A stretch of DNA of 64,000 nucleotides from the sequence record NC_028881.1. One strand, written 5' to 3'. The translations under genes and the position numbers were made by a program. How positions within the stretch are numbered: position 1 is the first letter of the stretch; every line of letters begins with the position of its first letter. Positions 41,892-53,867 of this stretch are shown in pieces. The notes below the pieces were generated by a model. It searched no databases, was not told where the DNA came from, and worked only from the letters and a program-made list of their open reading frames with translations. The DNA is from Escherichia phage vb_EcoM-VR5.

Positions 41892-42241
41892 TCTGTGATG
41901 CTCCTGAAGTCTTTGGCAAAGGAATCGAAGGAGTTGTTGATTTGTTTTTCGACCAATCCTGGCTTACTTGCCACCACGTGCGCCTTCTTCGAATCTTTAC
42001 GGAGCTTTTCATTTTCTACCTTAATTTTATCCATTCGGGCGTTCATTTCAGTAGTACGGAATTCAATATCAGCGTATTGGCCATGAAGGTCTTCTAAAGC
42101 TTCAGCGTTCTGTTTAGCTGTTTGCTGGGTTGTTTTCAGTTCTTCAGTTAGGGTATCAATACGGCTTGATTGATACGAAATAAGACCGTAAGCACCTACT
42201 ACAATGGCTCCGGCTAAAAGGTAAATACTTAATTTAGACAT
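41888..42241 (-). CDS. Inner-membrane spanin (i-spanin)
   Basis: 117 aa; one N-terminal transmembrane segment (IYLLAGAIVVGAYGLI) then a charged coiled-coil-like region; T4 PseT.3 position. Confidence 0.7.
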   Translation of the reverse strand: MSKLSIYLLAGAIVVGAYGLISYQSSRIDTLTEELKTTQQTAKQNAEALEDLHGQYADIEFRTTEMNARMDKIKVENEKLRKDSKKAHVVASKPGLVEKQINNSFDSFAKDFRSITE

Positions 42242-42729
42242 TTTGTAATAATCTCGATGATGTCATCACGTGACAGGGAATTAATAAGAACCGTTTTAGG
42301 ATTTTCACACTGAATTTTGTATGTTTCAAACATCACACACAATTCTTCAGAGGTATGGTAAGGACTTGAAATACCGAGGCGATTAGTTTTATCACCCAGT
42401 GGGTCGCAAATCAAATAGAAAGTGATGCCATCGATTTTAACATTAGGTTGACTGATATTAATGAACACGTTGGCATCATATTTGGAAAGGTTGTTCTGAA
42501 GGAATTCGACCATAGCATTAACAGCTTCCGGCATGGCTTCACGTTTCTCTTCAGTATAACGAGTAGAATATTCTTTTTGTTTAATTTTCTTTTTAGCATT
42601 ACGAGCCATCGTAACACGAAGGTCGGTGAGGTAACCAACTGCACGAGAACCTTTAAAAACTTGGATACCGTCAGTTGAGTCACCATAAGCCTTAACAATC
42701 ATTTCGTTAGTGATAAGTTGCATGTTCAT
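42229..42729 (-). CDS. alc: Alc-like protein (by synteny only)
   Basis: About 166 aa from the ATG at 42727-42729 (GAGGAG leader); lies between rnlA and the spanins as alc does in T4. Confidence 0.45.
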   Translation of the reverse strand: MNMQLITNEMIVKAYGDSTDGIQVFKGSRAVGYLTDLRVTMARNAKKKIKQKEYSTRYTEEKREAMPEAVNAMVEFLQNNLSKYDANVFINISQPNVKIDGITFYLICDPLGDKTNRLGISSPYHTSEELCVMFETYKIQCENPKTVLINSLSRDDIIEIITKCLN

Positions 42730-42757
42730 AATGTTCTCCTCATGTTTGTGTAAGGTC

Positions 42758-42786
42758 ATACTATCACATCATGAGGAGATGTAAAC
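42758..42786 (-). promoter_or_regulatory. Early sigma70-like promoter for the alc-like gene
   Basis: Minus strand GTTTAC, 17 nt, TAGTAT; leader identical to that of gene 25869..26159. Confidence 0.5.
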
Positions 42787-43934
42787 TACTCTACCACAAT
42801 TTCTTTCAAATATTTTTCAGGGATTTGAGCCTTATGATTTTTCAAGAACACAGAGTTAATCTGGTCCATGACTGTATCATAATTAATACCGCCTACGTAC
42901 GCCTGCATAAGAATAGAGAACAAACCTGGGAAGTCTTTGAGGATTAACTGTCCGGTAACAGCATAGTCCTTACGGTCGCGTCCCTTGAGTTGAGAATAAG
43001 CCGCTTCTAACAAGGCTAAAGATTGTTCTAAGTAGTCTAAATGGATACGTTCAAACGCATTGATTTTCTCGATGGCAAATGAATCCGTACTGAACAACCC
43101 TCGGAGGTCATCAGTTCCACCAGCCACTACAACTTCAAACAAACGTTCGTTATTGTTAATGGAATCCTTAGTATGATGCAGTGCACTATACCAAGCAGTT
43201 TTGAGTTTAAAGAACGTGCCATCTTTAAGCACAAAGATAAAGCCTTCAATACCCTCTTGTTTACGGATATCGCCAACAAAATCGCCTTCAGAGAGTTTGT
43301 AGCTTTTAACCAAATGCTTACGCAGAGCACCATCTTTAAACAGTTCAGCGTAAGGGATATACTCGCCTGTTTCGTTATTACGGACGTTCAGTAAGATAAG
43401 GTTTGTTTCTTGGTAAGCCAGCACAATACGGTTAGTAGGAGCGACGTACTCAAGGTTGCATGTATATCCTGCTTTAGTAATTTCTTCTAAACGGGCCGCG
43501 AAGGCTTCGTTTTCAGGGAGACGAAGGAAACGTAAAGAATCATACACCATCGACGAATGGATGGAGCCTTTAGATTTAACAGAAAGATACTGCCGGTCCA
43601 TGAAGGTAGAAATCAAGGAACCATCTTCCTTAGCCATAACCAAGTCAATATTTTCTGGCGATAAATCCAGACCAATGGTCATAGGGTTTTCATCGAGATT
43701 AAAGAACTTTTGCATAGGACGAGCCGCAATACGTACAGGACCTTGTTCGTCCATTTCAAACATGATGCCTCTGCATTCCAGGGCATCGTCCTCCAACCAA
43801 TCAGAGTATGAGGCATAGTTATAACTAAAGATGCGATAATTGACTCCTAGCGCACTCTGGAAGTCTTTAAAGAAGAACTTAGATTTAGTTGAGTTTTTAA
43901 CCAAAGTCATCAAGTTATTATATAATTCAATCAT
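42786..43934 (-). CDS. rnlA: RNA ligase 1 (RnlA)
   Basis: 382 aa; N-terminus ...YRIFSYNYASYSDWL..DALECRGIMFEMD...PVRIA.RPM.KFFNL.ENP matches T4 Rnl1 from memory. Confidence 0.9.
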   Translation of the reverse strand: MIELYNNLMTLVKNSTKSKFFFKDFQSALGVNYRIFSYNYASYSDWLEDDALECRGIMFEMDEQGPVRIAARPMQKFFNLDENPMTIGLDLSPENIDLVMAKEDGSLISTFMDRQYLSVKSKGSIHSSMVYDSLRFLRLPENEAFAARLEEITKAGYTCNLEYVAPTNRIVLAYQETNLILLNVRNNETGEYIPYAELFKDGALRKHLVKSYKLSEGDFVGDIRKQEGIEGFIFVLKDGTFFKLKTAWYSALHHTKDSINNNERLFEVVVAGGTDDLRGLFSTDSFAIEKINAFERIHLDYLEQSLALLEAAYSQLKGRDRKDYAVTGQLILKDFPGLFSILMQAYVGGINYDTVMDQINSVFLKNHKAQIPEKYLKEIVVE

Positions 43935-44344
43935 TGCTTTATCCTATGTTGGGTATTCCAAGGTGGATTAAATTTCTTTATGAACATTGGCTCTTCAAGA
44001 GACATGGTCTCAACTGACATAGTTCCAAGTTCGTTAGTCATTGACAGATTAAAGCACTGCCGTGCATAGAACTCTACCTTTTTACCCGCCATTAATGCTT
44101 CATGAATCAGAATGGACTTAGTCGAATCCGACGTTTGGTCCTTACGATTAATAGCCGTACGATAGTAGTTAATACGCTTACGAAGATTTTTAGTCTTCCC
44201 GATGTAGACTAGTATATCATCAACAGCTATAGCATATATGACATTTTGTTTATTTGGAACCGTGATAGGGGCTATAGTAGCATCTGTTTGGAGCTCTAGT
44301 GTAACGTACTTGATAAAGCTAAATTCATCTGCGATTTCTTTCAT
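43931..44344 (-). CDS. denA: Endonuclease II (DenA)
   Basis: Sequence from the internal Met (MKEIA.E.SFIKY...NVIYAIA..D.LVYIGKTKNLRKRINYYRTAINRKD) matches T4 DenA from memory. Confidence 0.9.
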   Translation of the reverse strand: MKEIADEFSFIKYVTLELQTDATIAPITVPNKQNVIYAIAVDDILVYIGKTKNLRKRINYYRTAINRKDQTSDSTKSILIHEALMAGKKVEFYARQCFNLSMTNELGTMSVETMSLEEPMFIKKFNPPWNTQHRIKQ

Positions 44345-44352
44345 AGCAATAA

Positions 44353-44366
44353 GGGGCCGAAGCCCC
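44353..44366 (-). terminator. Hairpin GGGGC-CGAA-GCCCC between nrdB and denA
   Basis: GC stem with tetraloop in the nrdB-denA intergenic gap. Confidence 0.45.
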
Positions 44367-44371
44367 ATTCC

Positions 44372-45550
44372 TTAAAAATATTTCTTGTATGATGCCATTA
44401 CTTTTTCATCGACATCATTATCAATTTGTGCTACTAAGTAAGAACTGATTTCCACTTCCTGAGGAGCTGCCTGTACTGCATCAGAGTTCAGATATTCACG
44501 AATCCAAGGGTAAGGATGTCGAGTAGGGGCATCAGTAATTGGACACGGTAATCCACACTGCTTCATACGCGAAACAGTCAAGTAATCGACAAAAGCACCC
44601 ATGTTCTGGGTATTTAATCCTGGGCAGGTACCATCTTTGAATAGGTGAGCGGCCCATTCTTTTTCTTGTCGGTTAACTTCCATGAAAATATCAACTGCTT
44701 CTTGTTCAAGCTCTTGAGCAATTTTAACCCATTCATCACCGTCGGTACCAAGTTGGAGTTGACGAATAATGTATTGGGTACCCTTAAGGTGAAGCTGTTC
44801 ATCACGTGCGATGAACTTCATAATCTTGGCATTACCTTCCATGATTTCCATATTCTTGTGGAAGTTAAAGGTGCATGCGAAAGATACGTAAAAACGAATA
44901 GCTTCCAATGCATTGATTACGTGGAGGCAGAGATAAAGAGATTTCATCAATGCTCGTTTAGCAATAGCTTCTTGTTTGATAGCTCGTTCCAAACGTTGGT
45001 CCGCTTCGGGAGTTTCTTTAGCTAGTTCAATAAAAGCAATTTGGTTTTGCCATTGACGTGTTTTCTCAAGAACATCATCATAATAACGACCGATAGATTC
45101 GGCGCGTTTCATAATTGCATCATCTAACAGAATTTCATCAAATACCTTAGATGGGTCTGTATAGAGGTTACGCATGATATGGGTATACGAACGAGAGTGG
45201 ATAGTTTCACTAAAGGTCCATGTAGCAACCCATGTATCAAGGCTGGGGTCTGAAATCAATGCTTGGAGTGCAGCAGACGGTGCACGACCCTGAATACTAT
45301 CCAGAAGCGATTGGTACTTCAGGTTATTAGTAAAAATATTTTGCTGGAATTGCGGAAGCTTATTAAACTGAGCGGCATCCATCATCAAGTTAACTTCTTC
45401 TGGGCGCCAGAAAAAACTCAACTGCTTTTCACAAAGCTCTTCGAATACTTTATGACGCTGGATATCGTAACGAGCAATACCCAATCCTGAACCAAAGAAC
45501 ATCGGTTCGACTAAAACATCAACTGGGGTGGTATTAAAAACTGTAGACAT
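44372..45550 (-). CDS. nrdB: Ribonucleotide reductase small subunit NrdB (uninterrupted)
   Basis: Sequence from MSTVFNT.PVDVL.EPMFFGSGLG.ARYDIQRHKVFEE matches T4 NrdB from memory; one continuous ORF. Confidence 0.9.
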   Translation of the reverse strand: MSTVFNTTPVDVLVEPMFFGSGLGIARYDIQRHKVFEELCEKQLSFFWRPEEVNLMMDAAQFNKLPQFQQNIFTNNLKYQSLLDSIQGRAPSAALQALISDPSLDTWVATWTFSETIHSRSYTHIMRNLYTDPSKVFDEILLDDAIMKRAESIGRYYDDVLEKTRQWQNQIAFIELAKETPEADQRLERAIKQEAIAKRALMKSLYLCLHVINALEAIRFYVSFACTFNFHKNMEIMEGNAKIMKFIARDEQLHLKGTQYIIRQLQLGTDGDEWVKIAQELEQEAVDIFMEVNRQEKEWAAHLFKDGTCPGLNTQNMGAFVDYLTVSRMKQCGLPCPITDAPTRHPYPWIREYLNSDAVQAAPQEVEISSYLVAQIDNDVDEKVMASYKKYF

Positions 45551-45603
45551 ATTATTCTCATTTGTTAGTGACTCATCCATGAGTCAATTATAATCAGATT
45601 TTC

Positions 45604-47859
45604 TTAAAGCTTACATGCTGCGCAATCATCGGCTTTAGGAGTTTCGATTTCGTAATCGTCAGTACCAGAGCCATCACGGGTATTATGATAATAGAGGTTT
45701 TTTCCGCCATAATACCAGAAGTACATCAAGTCGTCAAGCATTACCGACATAGGAACTTTTCCTTTTGGAAAAATCTGTGGGTCGTAATATGTATTAGCTG
45801 ACGCAGATTGGCATACCCATTTCAACATAATCGCTACCTGAGTCAGATAAGGTTTATTACCTTTCTTAACCAGGGTCCAAGCGTAATCATACAATCCTTG
45901 GTTATGTTCTACATTAGGAACTACCTGACGGAAGTTACCTTCTTTAGATTCTTTAATACTTACTGGGCCACGCGGAGGTTCGATACCGTTGGTAGAGTTT
46001 GAAACCTGGCTGCTTGACTCACATGGCATGAGTGCTGATAATGTGCTATTACGGATGCCATGTGCAGATAAGTCTTCCCGCAACTGCGACCAGTCACAAA
46101 CGTATTTTGGAGCTGCGATTTGGTCAATCTTTTTATTGTACCAGTCGATAGGAAGCTCGCCTCGAGACCATTTAGTGTCTGAATAATACTCGCAAGGTCC
46201 TTTTTCTTTGGCGAGCTTGATTGATGCTCGGATAAGGCCATACTGTAATCTCTCAAATAATTCATGGGTTAAATCATTAGCATCTTCATAAGAAGCAAAG
46301 TTGCTTGCCAACCAAGCGGCATAGTTCGTAACACCGACACCCAGGTTACGGCGCTTCTTAGCCTTCAGAGCTTCAGGAACAGGATAGCTTTGATAATCTA
46401 ATAGGTTATCCAGTGCTCGCACTTGTACTTCAGCGAGTTCGTTAATCTTGTCTTGGTCTTGCCAATCAAAGTTATCCAATACGAATGCAGACAGAGTACA
46501 TAACCCGATTTCAGCTTCAGGGCTATTTACGTCATTAGTCGGGATTGCAATTTCACAACACAAGTTGCTCTGACGAATAGGAGCACGTTCACGAATAAAT
46601 GGGGTGAAGTTGTTAGTGTTATCTACGAACTGAGGATAAATTCGAGCTGTTCCTGAACGTTCAGTCATGAACAATTCGAAGAGGTCACGTGCTTTAATAC
46701 GTTTCTTACGAATACTAGGGTCTTTTTCAGCCGCTTCATACAATTCGCGGAAACGGTCTTGGTCTTCAAAATAAGAATAATAAAGCTCACCGCTCATTTC
46801 ATGAGGACTGAATAACGTGATGTAATCATTTTTACCGAAACGTTCCATCATAAGGTCGTTCAACTGGATTCCGTAGTCCATATGACGAATACGGTTCTCA
46901 TCAACGCCTTTGTTGTTTTTCAGAACGAGCAGATTTTCAACTTCCAAATGCCAAATAGGATAATAAGCAGTAGCAGCGCCGCCACGGATTCCACCTTGTG
47001 AACATGATTTAACTGCAGTCTGGAAATGCTTCCAGAATGGAATAACACCGGTATGTTTGACTTCACCCATACCAATACGAGAACCTTCAGCACGAATCAT
47101 ACCAACGTTGATACCAATACCTGCACGTTTAGAAATATACTCGATTATTGAGTTAGCAGTTTTATTAATTGATTTCAGCGAGTCACCTGCTTCAATAACA
47201 ACGCAAGAACTAAACTGACGGGTCGGGGTACGAGCACCAGCCATAATAGGAGTAGGCAATGAAATCTGACGGGTGCTAACAGCATCATAAAAACGAATAA
47301 TATGTGCTAAACGATTACCCGGTTCTTCTTGGTGAAGAGCCATACCAATACACATGATAGAGAATTGAGGGGTTTCGTAGATTTTACCTGTAGTCTTATC
47401 TTTAACCAAGTATTTCTCTTTCAGCTGCATCGCACCAGCGTAGGTCAATTCGAAATCACGCTCATGCTTAATATGCGATTCTAAAAAAGTAATCTCTTCT
47501 GCAGAATATCGAGACAACAATTCAGGGTCATATTTGCCTTCGTTAACGCAATAGGAAATATGGTCAATAAAACTACGAGGTTCAAACTGACCGTAAACTT
47601 CTTTACGCAGGGCAAACATCAATTCCTTTGCAGCTACATACTGGTAATCAGGTTCTTCAACCGAAATAAGGTTGGCTGCAACTTTTACAGTAAGATTCTG
47701 GATATCTTTGGTGGTCATACCATCACGAAGATGTGGTTTAATTTCTTCGTATAATTCGTAGGGATCGATTTGGGTTCCTTCACATCCCCAAGTCAAAACT
47801 TTAATAATTTTTTGTGAGTCAAAATCTTGGGATACACCACTACTCTTTTGTACTTGCAT
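45604..47859 (-). CDS. nrdA: Ribonucleotide reductase large subunit NrdA
   Basis: 751 aa; N-terminus IKSSGVSQ.FD.QKIIKVL.W..EGT..DPYELYE.IK..LRDGMTT.DIQ matches T4 NrdA from memory. Confidence 0.9.
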   Translation of the reverse strand: MQVQKSSGVSQDFDSQKIIKVLTWGCEGTQIDPYELYEEIKPHLRDGMTTKDIQNLTVKVAANLISVEEPDYQYVAAKELMFALRKEVYGQFEPRSFIDHISYCVNEGKYDPELLSRYSAEEITFLESHIKHERDFELTYAGAMQLKEKYLVKDKTTGKIYETPQFSIMCIGMALHQEEPGNRLAHIIRFYDAVSTRQISLPTPIMAGARTPTRQFSSCVVIEAGDSLKSINKTANSIIEYISKRAGIGINVGMIRAEGSRIGMGEVKHTGVIPFWKHFQTAVKSCSQGGIRGGAATAYYPIWHLEVENLLVLKNNKGVDENRIRHMDYGIQLNDLMMERFGKNDYITLFSPHEMSGELYYSYFEDQDRFRELYEAAEKDPSIRKKRIKARDLFELFMTERSGTARIYPQFVDNTNNFTPFIRERAPIRQSNLCCEIAIPTNDVNSPEAEIGLCTLSAFVLDNFDWQDQDKINELAEVQVRALDNLLDYQSYPVPEALKAKKRRNLGVGVTNYAAWLASNFASYEDANDLTHELFERLQYGLIRASIKLAKEKGPCEYYSDTKWSRGELPIDWYNKKIDQIAAPKYVCDWSQLREDLSAHGIRNSTLSALMPCESSSQVSNSTNGIEPPRGPVSIKESKEGNFRQVVPNVEHNQGLYDYAWTLVKKGNKPYLTQVAIMLKWVCQSASANTYYDPQIFPKGKVPMSVMLDDLMYFWYYGGKNLYYHNTRDGSGTDDYEIETPKADDCAACKL

Positions 47860-47987
47860 AATTTCCTCAATATGTTAGGTTCTACATCTATAATAACATA
47901 GAACCTGTTAAGCATGGACTGATATTTATAGAATGAAATTCAGCCCAATCATAATAATCAAAAATAAGGTACCTATGATTTGAATTT

Positions 47988-49763
<1,776 letters not shown>

Positions 49764-49764
<1 letters not shown>

Positions 49765-49955
49765 TATAATTTCCTCAAATATTTTTTAACCATGTAATAT
49801 TGAAATTCAAACATTCTGGAATCAATTACCCAAATCTGACGTTCAGGACACTCATTCAAACGCACCGCAGAACACCCAAAAGAAAGGAACGAATACTGTT
49901 TCTTTTCTGTTTCGGAAAGGCCCGTTCTTAAAAAGCGGAAAAATAAATCATGCAT
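49764..49955 (-). CDS. Hypothetical small protein
   Basis: About 63 aa from the internal ATG at 49953-49955; the track ORF is longer and overlaps its upstream neighbour. Confidence 0.35.
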
Positions 49956-50196
49956 TTTTATTTGCCTTAACGATTTTCCAATCAGCTTTGAACTGGTCGA
50001 CATCCGAGTGATAAATCCAGAATCCGGATGATATACCGTCTTCGTAAAGAGGGCAACCGTCACATTCATCTTTCCAACCCATATCACACAAAGCTTGTTC
50101 AGCTTTTTCTAGAGCTTCCGGGTTGTTACCTTGGATTGTGAAGTACCATTTGCCTTTAACTTCAGAATCGTTGATTGATTCACGTTGTAATTTCAT
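49948..50196 (-). CDS. Hypothetical protein
   Basis: 82-aa ORF with an early-type promoter upstream (50223-50252). Confidence 0.5.
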   Translation of the reverse strand: MKLQRESINDSEVKGKWYFTIQGNNPEALEKAEQALCDMGWKDECDGCPLYEDGISSGFWIYHSDVDQFKADWKIVKANKNA

Positions 50197-50222
50197 TTTA
50201 TTCTCCTCAAGTTGATAAGGCT

Positions 50223-50252
50223 ATAGTATCACTACCATAGCCTGGTGTAAAC
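50223..50252 (-). promoter_or_regulatory. Early sigma70-like promoter for gene 49948..50196
   Basis: Minus strand GTTTAC, 18 nt, TACTAT. Confidence 0.45.
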
Positions 50253-50254
50253 AT

Positions 50255-50482
50255 TTATTTTTGAATTAAGCCCATATAAAATTCAGCATCTTCAGCATGC
50301 ATACCATCACAATACTCGTCAGCCATAAAACGAGTCAGGTCTTCAAGAGGGCCTTGGATTTCAATTTGGATACTAAAGAATTGAGTATCTTTGATGTAAG
50401 CCATACTCAAAGAAGGATAACGATTACGGATAACTTCGTAAGTGTATTCAAAATCAACGATATCAATATTAACATTAGCCAT
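50255..50482 (-). CDS. Hypothetical protein
   Basis: 75-aa ORF with an early-type promoter and GAGGAA leader upstream (50512-50540). Confidence 0.5.
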   Translation of the reverse strand: MANVNIDIVDFEYTYEVIRNRYPSLSMAYIKDTQFFSIQIEIQGPLEDLTRFMADEYCDGMHAEDAEFYMGLIQK

Positions 50483-50511
50483 TTTATTTTCCTCATGTAG
50501 TTGATAGGTCT

Positions 50512-50540
50512 ATAGTATCATGTTTAAAGATATTGTAAAC
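50512..50540 (-). promoter_or_regulatory. Early sigma70-like promoter for gene 50255..50482
   Basis: Minus strand GTTTAC, 17 nt, TACTAT, then GAGGAA leader. Confidence 0.45.
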
Positions 50541-50544
50541 TACT

Positions 50545-50814
50545 TTATGAAATTTTATCGAGCCATTTACCAAGTTTAATCATTTCTTTGGTGGCCTTTT
50601 CCATACTTCTGAACTTAACTAATAAAGGATAAGTATCTACACCCATAACTAAAGTGGTTACAAGACTATGCTCACCTACAAGCCATAGAGAATACGTTTG
50701 AATATCAAGTCCGTAATTTCGGTCTTTATGAACACGTACACCCATCACTTCAAACTGTTTACTGGCTTTTTCTACTGCATCCAGGAAATCATCTTTAGTC
50801 ATATTAAATTCCAA
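50545..50814 (-). CDS. Hypothetical protein
   Basis: 89-aa ORF overlapping its upstream neighbour by about 11 nt. Confidence 0.5.
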   Translation of the reverse strand: MEFNMTKDDFLDAVEKASKQFEVMGVRVHKDRNYGLDIQTYSLWLVGEHSLVTTLVMGVDTYPLLVKFRSMEKATKEMIKLGKWLDKIS

Positions 50815-51169
50815 AGGTAGCTTTAATCAGGGCAATGACTTCAGCCGCATTTTTATGATTTACCTGCACATGAATGGTTTGCGTGTCAACAACAGGAGCA
50901 TCTTCATCAACTTCCAGGAAGTGACGGAATTCACCTTCAGCGAGTTCAAAGTACTCATCAGCATCATCCATACTATCCAGGATGGTGCCATCTTTCATTT
51001 CAACTTTTTCGACAAAATAATCGCCATCAATATAGCACATATCCAGGACTTTGAAGGAACTGCCATGCTGTTCCATCAGCTTGACCATGCGCGAATTATC
51101 ATCTGGACAGTCGGCGATGAAACGTTTTTTAGCAGCAGGGTCTAATACGTAAGTTTTACCAGTTTCCAT
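50804..51169 (-). CDS. Hypothetical acidic protein
   Basis: 121-aa ORF with an early-type promoter and GAGGAA leader upstream (51198-51226). Confidence 0.5.
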   Translation of the reverse strand: METGKTYVLDPAAKKRFIADCPDDNSRMVKLMEQHGSSFKVLDMCYIDGDYFVEKVEMKDGTILDSMDDADEYFELAEGEFRHFLEVDEDAPVVDTQTIHVQVNHKNAAEVIALIKATFGI

Positions 51170-51197
51170 TTTTATTTCCTCATGTTTTGATAGGTCT

Positions 51198-51226
51198 ATA
51201 GTATCATGTTCCTAGAGGGTGTAAAC
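51198..51226 (-). promoter_or_regulatory. Early sigma70-like promoter for gene 50804..51169
   Basis: Minus strand GTTTAC, 17 nt, TACTAT, then GAGGAA leader. Confidence 0.45.
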
Positions 51227-51241
51227 CATTAAATGCCAAAA

Positions 51242-51261
51242 AGGGAAGACCGAAGTCTTCC
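51242..51261 (-). terminator. Hairpin GGGAAGAC-CGAA-GTCTTCCC after gene 32
   Basis: 8-bp stem with tetraloop just beyond the gp32 stop. Confidence 0.55.
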
Positions 51262-51278
51262 CATTATAAATCAATAAC

Positions 51279-52190
51279 TTATAGACCAGCTAACAGGTCG
51301 TCCAGACCATCGTCATCAGAAGGACTTACTGACGGCTCAGGAGTAGTGGAACGAGCTGGGGTAGACGGTTTAGAATCATATGCATCAAGGTCTGCACTGA
51401 ATGCGTCTAGGTCATCACCGATCTTATCAGCGGCAGCAGAAGCTTTAGCGGCAGCACCACCAAGAGCAGCTGTACCAACAACTTTCTTAAACTTGGCTTC
51501 ATTAGTTTCAAAGGATTTGAATTCGAGCAGTTTAGAAAGGTCGTGCATTTCTTCCATCAATTTAGCTTGGTAAGCTTCGTCATTGATGTTAGGAATTTCG
51601 GACTGGTTCATGAACTTGGAATCATCATAGTTCTTGAAGTCGCCAACTTTCTTAGATTTCAGTACGAAGTTCGCGCCATCAAACGGACAGGTAACATCAA
51701 TTGGCGTTTCACCAATATCAGTGTCAACTTCAACCATCTGGTTGATTTTATCCATGATTTTCTGACCGAAACGGAATTTAAACACTTTACCTTCGTTAGC
51801 AGGCACTGCACTATCCTTAATAACAAGGATGTTAGCCCAGAAGGAAGTTTTACGTTTCATCAGTTTGTATTCAGCGTTATTAGTATTAAAGCTGTCGTTC
51901 TGGTTCATGTATTTACATACAGGACATGAATCGAAATCACCGTGAGTAGACGTACATGATTCAATATACCATTGACCATTTTTCTTAAAGCCATGATTAA
52001 CAAGCTTAACAAATGGTGATGGATTAGCTTCGTCTTTCGAAGGAAGGAATCTAATAACTGCGGTCCCTACGCCATTGTCGTCTTTCAATTTCCACTCTGA
52101 TTTATCGTCGGAAGAGAAAGAACTACCGCCTTTAAGGGCATTAAGCTGAGCGGCAAGTTGAGAAGGATCGCGACGTTTAAACATAGACAT
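51279..52190 (-). CDS. 32: Single-stranded DNA-binding protein gp32
   Basis: 303 aa; matches T4 gp32 from memory (MFKR...LAAQ...FLPSK...HGFKKNG.WYIE.C.STHGD.DS.PVC, acidic tail DDLLAGL). Start may be 52184. Confidence 0.95.
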   Translation of the reverse strand: MSMFKRRDPSQLAAQLNALKGGSSFSSDDKSEWKLKDDNGVGTAVIRFLPSKDEANPSPFVKLVNHGFKKNGQWYIESCTSTHGDFDSCPVCKYMNQNDSFNTNNAEYKLMKRKTSFWANILVIKDSAVPANEGKVFKFRFGQKIMDKINQMVEVDTDIGETPIDVTCPFDGANFVLKSKKVGDFKNYDDSKFMNQSEIPNINDEAYQAKLMEEMHDLSKLLEFKSFETNEAKFKKVVGTAALGGAAAKASAAADKIGDDLDAFSADLDAYDSKPSTPARSTTPEPSVSPSDDDGLDDLLAGL

Positions 52191-52288
52191 ATTATTTACC
52201 TTATTTGATATATTTAATTATTAACAGTTGGTGTTATCACATTTACCTTGATAACTAGGTTTTGTTGATGAAGTAATTATATACTACT

Positions 52289-52918
52289 TCATGTTAAGCA
52301 TTTTAATTTAATAAACTCAGGGTCTTCATTAGGAATCCATCCTTTATTAAATTGCTTAATCATACTTTTAGCTGTTGTTTCGCTAACAGAAATACCGGAA
52401 CCTATAAGACGGCGCCAGCCACACGTTCTTCCTTGTGAATTTATTATAATATATTTATTATAAGCAATATCACTAAGCTTCCAATCATTAGGATTTGCTC
52501 TAGAAGTTTTCCAAGGGCGATAATCAGGTTGATTCATGTAATTAGAAGCTTTCATATTAGCTCTAACTTCAGGGCGTTTAGCCGGATGGGTATGTCCGAA
52601 GACTCCAAATCCTCCGCCAGCATAAACCAAATTAAAATAATCATCGTTATCTCTAGCTTGAACTTTCAATTGTTCAGAACGTTCAATATTGATAACAATA
52701 TCAAATGGCGTTATAGCCAAAATTTCGACAATAGGCTTTTCTTCTTCAATGGCTCTTTTAAATCTAGGCTGTTCGCAAGAAGTCCAGTACTCTTTACCTT
52801 TACAATCAAACATTACACCATTTTCAAAAGTACAATTAGTTTTAGAACCTATATATAAAAATGGTTTAATGTTATTACTTTGCCTCTTAGGCCATAGCAT
52901 TTTATATACTATATTCAA
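52289..52918 (-). CDS. Hypothetical protein at the position T4 uses for segG
   Basis: 209-aa ORF between gene 32 and gene 59; no clear GIY-YIG or HNH motif. Confidence 0.5.
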   Translation of the reverse strand: MNIVYKMLWPKRQSNNIKPFLYIGSKTNCTFENGVMFDCKGKEYWTSCEQPRFKRAIEEEKPIVEILAITPFDIVINIERSEQLKVQARDNDDYFNLVYAGGGFGVFGHTHPAKRPEVRANMKASNYMNQPDYRPWKTSRANPNDWKLSDIAYNKYIIINSQGRTCGWRRLIGSGISVSETTAKSMIKQFNKGWIPNEDPEFIKLKCLT

Positions 52919-53568
52919 AATTTACAACCCTTAATTGTTTCAATGAACAATTTACGAGCTTCTAAATTATCGATTATAAGAATTTTCTTATAAGCATTTA
53001 ATTTAGTTGAATACTTAGACCAAACCAAGTCGTTGGTTTGGTCATCATGTTTATTTATTATGTCCATAAATGAATCAAGCAAAATAAACGTTTCGAACGA
53101 AATAACATTCGATTGAAGGAGCTTAAAAATATAGCTCGAGTTAACTTTTTTATTATAATCAAAAATTTCAGAAAGCGCTTGAACTTCCACTTTCTTACTG
53201 AAATAATAGATGTTTTTGATATCATCCTCAAAAACTTGTTTTATTCTTTTAAGCCTACCAATATATTCTCGGTAAAAGACTAAGGCGTCAGCATCACTGA
53301 TGTCGCCAATCCATGCGTCTTGGTTAGCCACCAAGTTACTCATGAAGATAAGAGCAAGCTCTTTCAAAGTGTATTTATCACTCAATTTCTCAAAGAAATA
53401 TTTGTCACGACGTTTTTGGTAAGCCGTATCAGAGATTCGCATGACCCAGTTATATTTTATAACGTCGTATTTGGCATTGAAGTGATGTTTGAGCATTAAG
53501 TATAATGAATATACGCTCTTACCATTCACCATACGATTATTGTTTGGTGGCATGCGAATCTTAATCAT
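52915..53568 (-). CDS. 59: Helicase loader gp59
   Basis: 217 aa; matches T4 gp59 from memory (DVIKYNW.MR.SD.AYQKRRDKYFF.KLS.KY.LKELALIF.SNLVANQDAWIGDISDADALVFYREYIGRLK). Confidence 0.9.
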   Translation of the reverse strand: MIKIRMPPNNNRMVNGKSVYSLYLMLKHHFNAKYDVIKYNWVMRISDTAYQKRRDKYFFEKLSDKYTLKELALIFMSNLVANQDAWIGDISDADALVFYREYIGRLKRIKQVFEDDIKNIYYFSKKVEVQALSEIFDYNKKVNSSYIFKLLQSNVISFETFILLDSFMDIINKHDDQTNDLVWSKYSTKLNAYKKILIIDNLEARKLFIETIKGCKF

Positions 53569-53867
53569 AACAAGAAATCCAGAGTATTAGTTTTTTGCGT
53601 TCGTGCCATTGAAGGACGAAGCAAGTTATCATCAATGGCTTCGTTCATAATTTTATCAATAATTCCTGCAGGCAAATAACGAGCAAAGTTACCTTCAGGG
53701 ATGCTGTTCTCTTCCAACCATGCAGTAGCCGCTTCGAGATAGCTACATCCTTCAGACTCAACAAAGGCCTCAATATCAAGACCATTTTGTTGCTTGTTCA
53801 CCAATACATGGACCGGTTCGGAAGCGGTATTAACCGCTCCATCAAAATCATTCAAAGATTGTGTCAT
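53565..53867 (-). CDS. 33: Late transcription co-activator gp33
   Basis: 100 aa, acidic; position after gene 59. Confidence 0.8.
   Translation of the reverse strand: MTQSLNDFDGAVNTASEPVHVLVNKQQNGLDIEAFVESEGCSYLEAATAWLEENSIPEGNFARYLPAGIIDKIMNEAIDDNLLRPSMARTQKTNTLDFLL

Noticed and set aside
52289-52918. Calling the 209-aa ORF a GIY-YIG homing endonuclease or a metallophosphoesterase
   Set aside because: The IVY/YIG spacing is too long for the GIY-YIG module, and the GHTH motif is not accompanied by the other phosphoesterase motifs; left as hypothetical.
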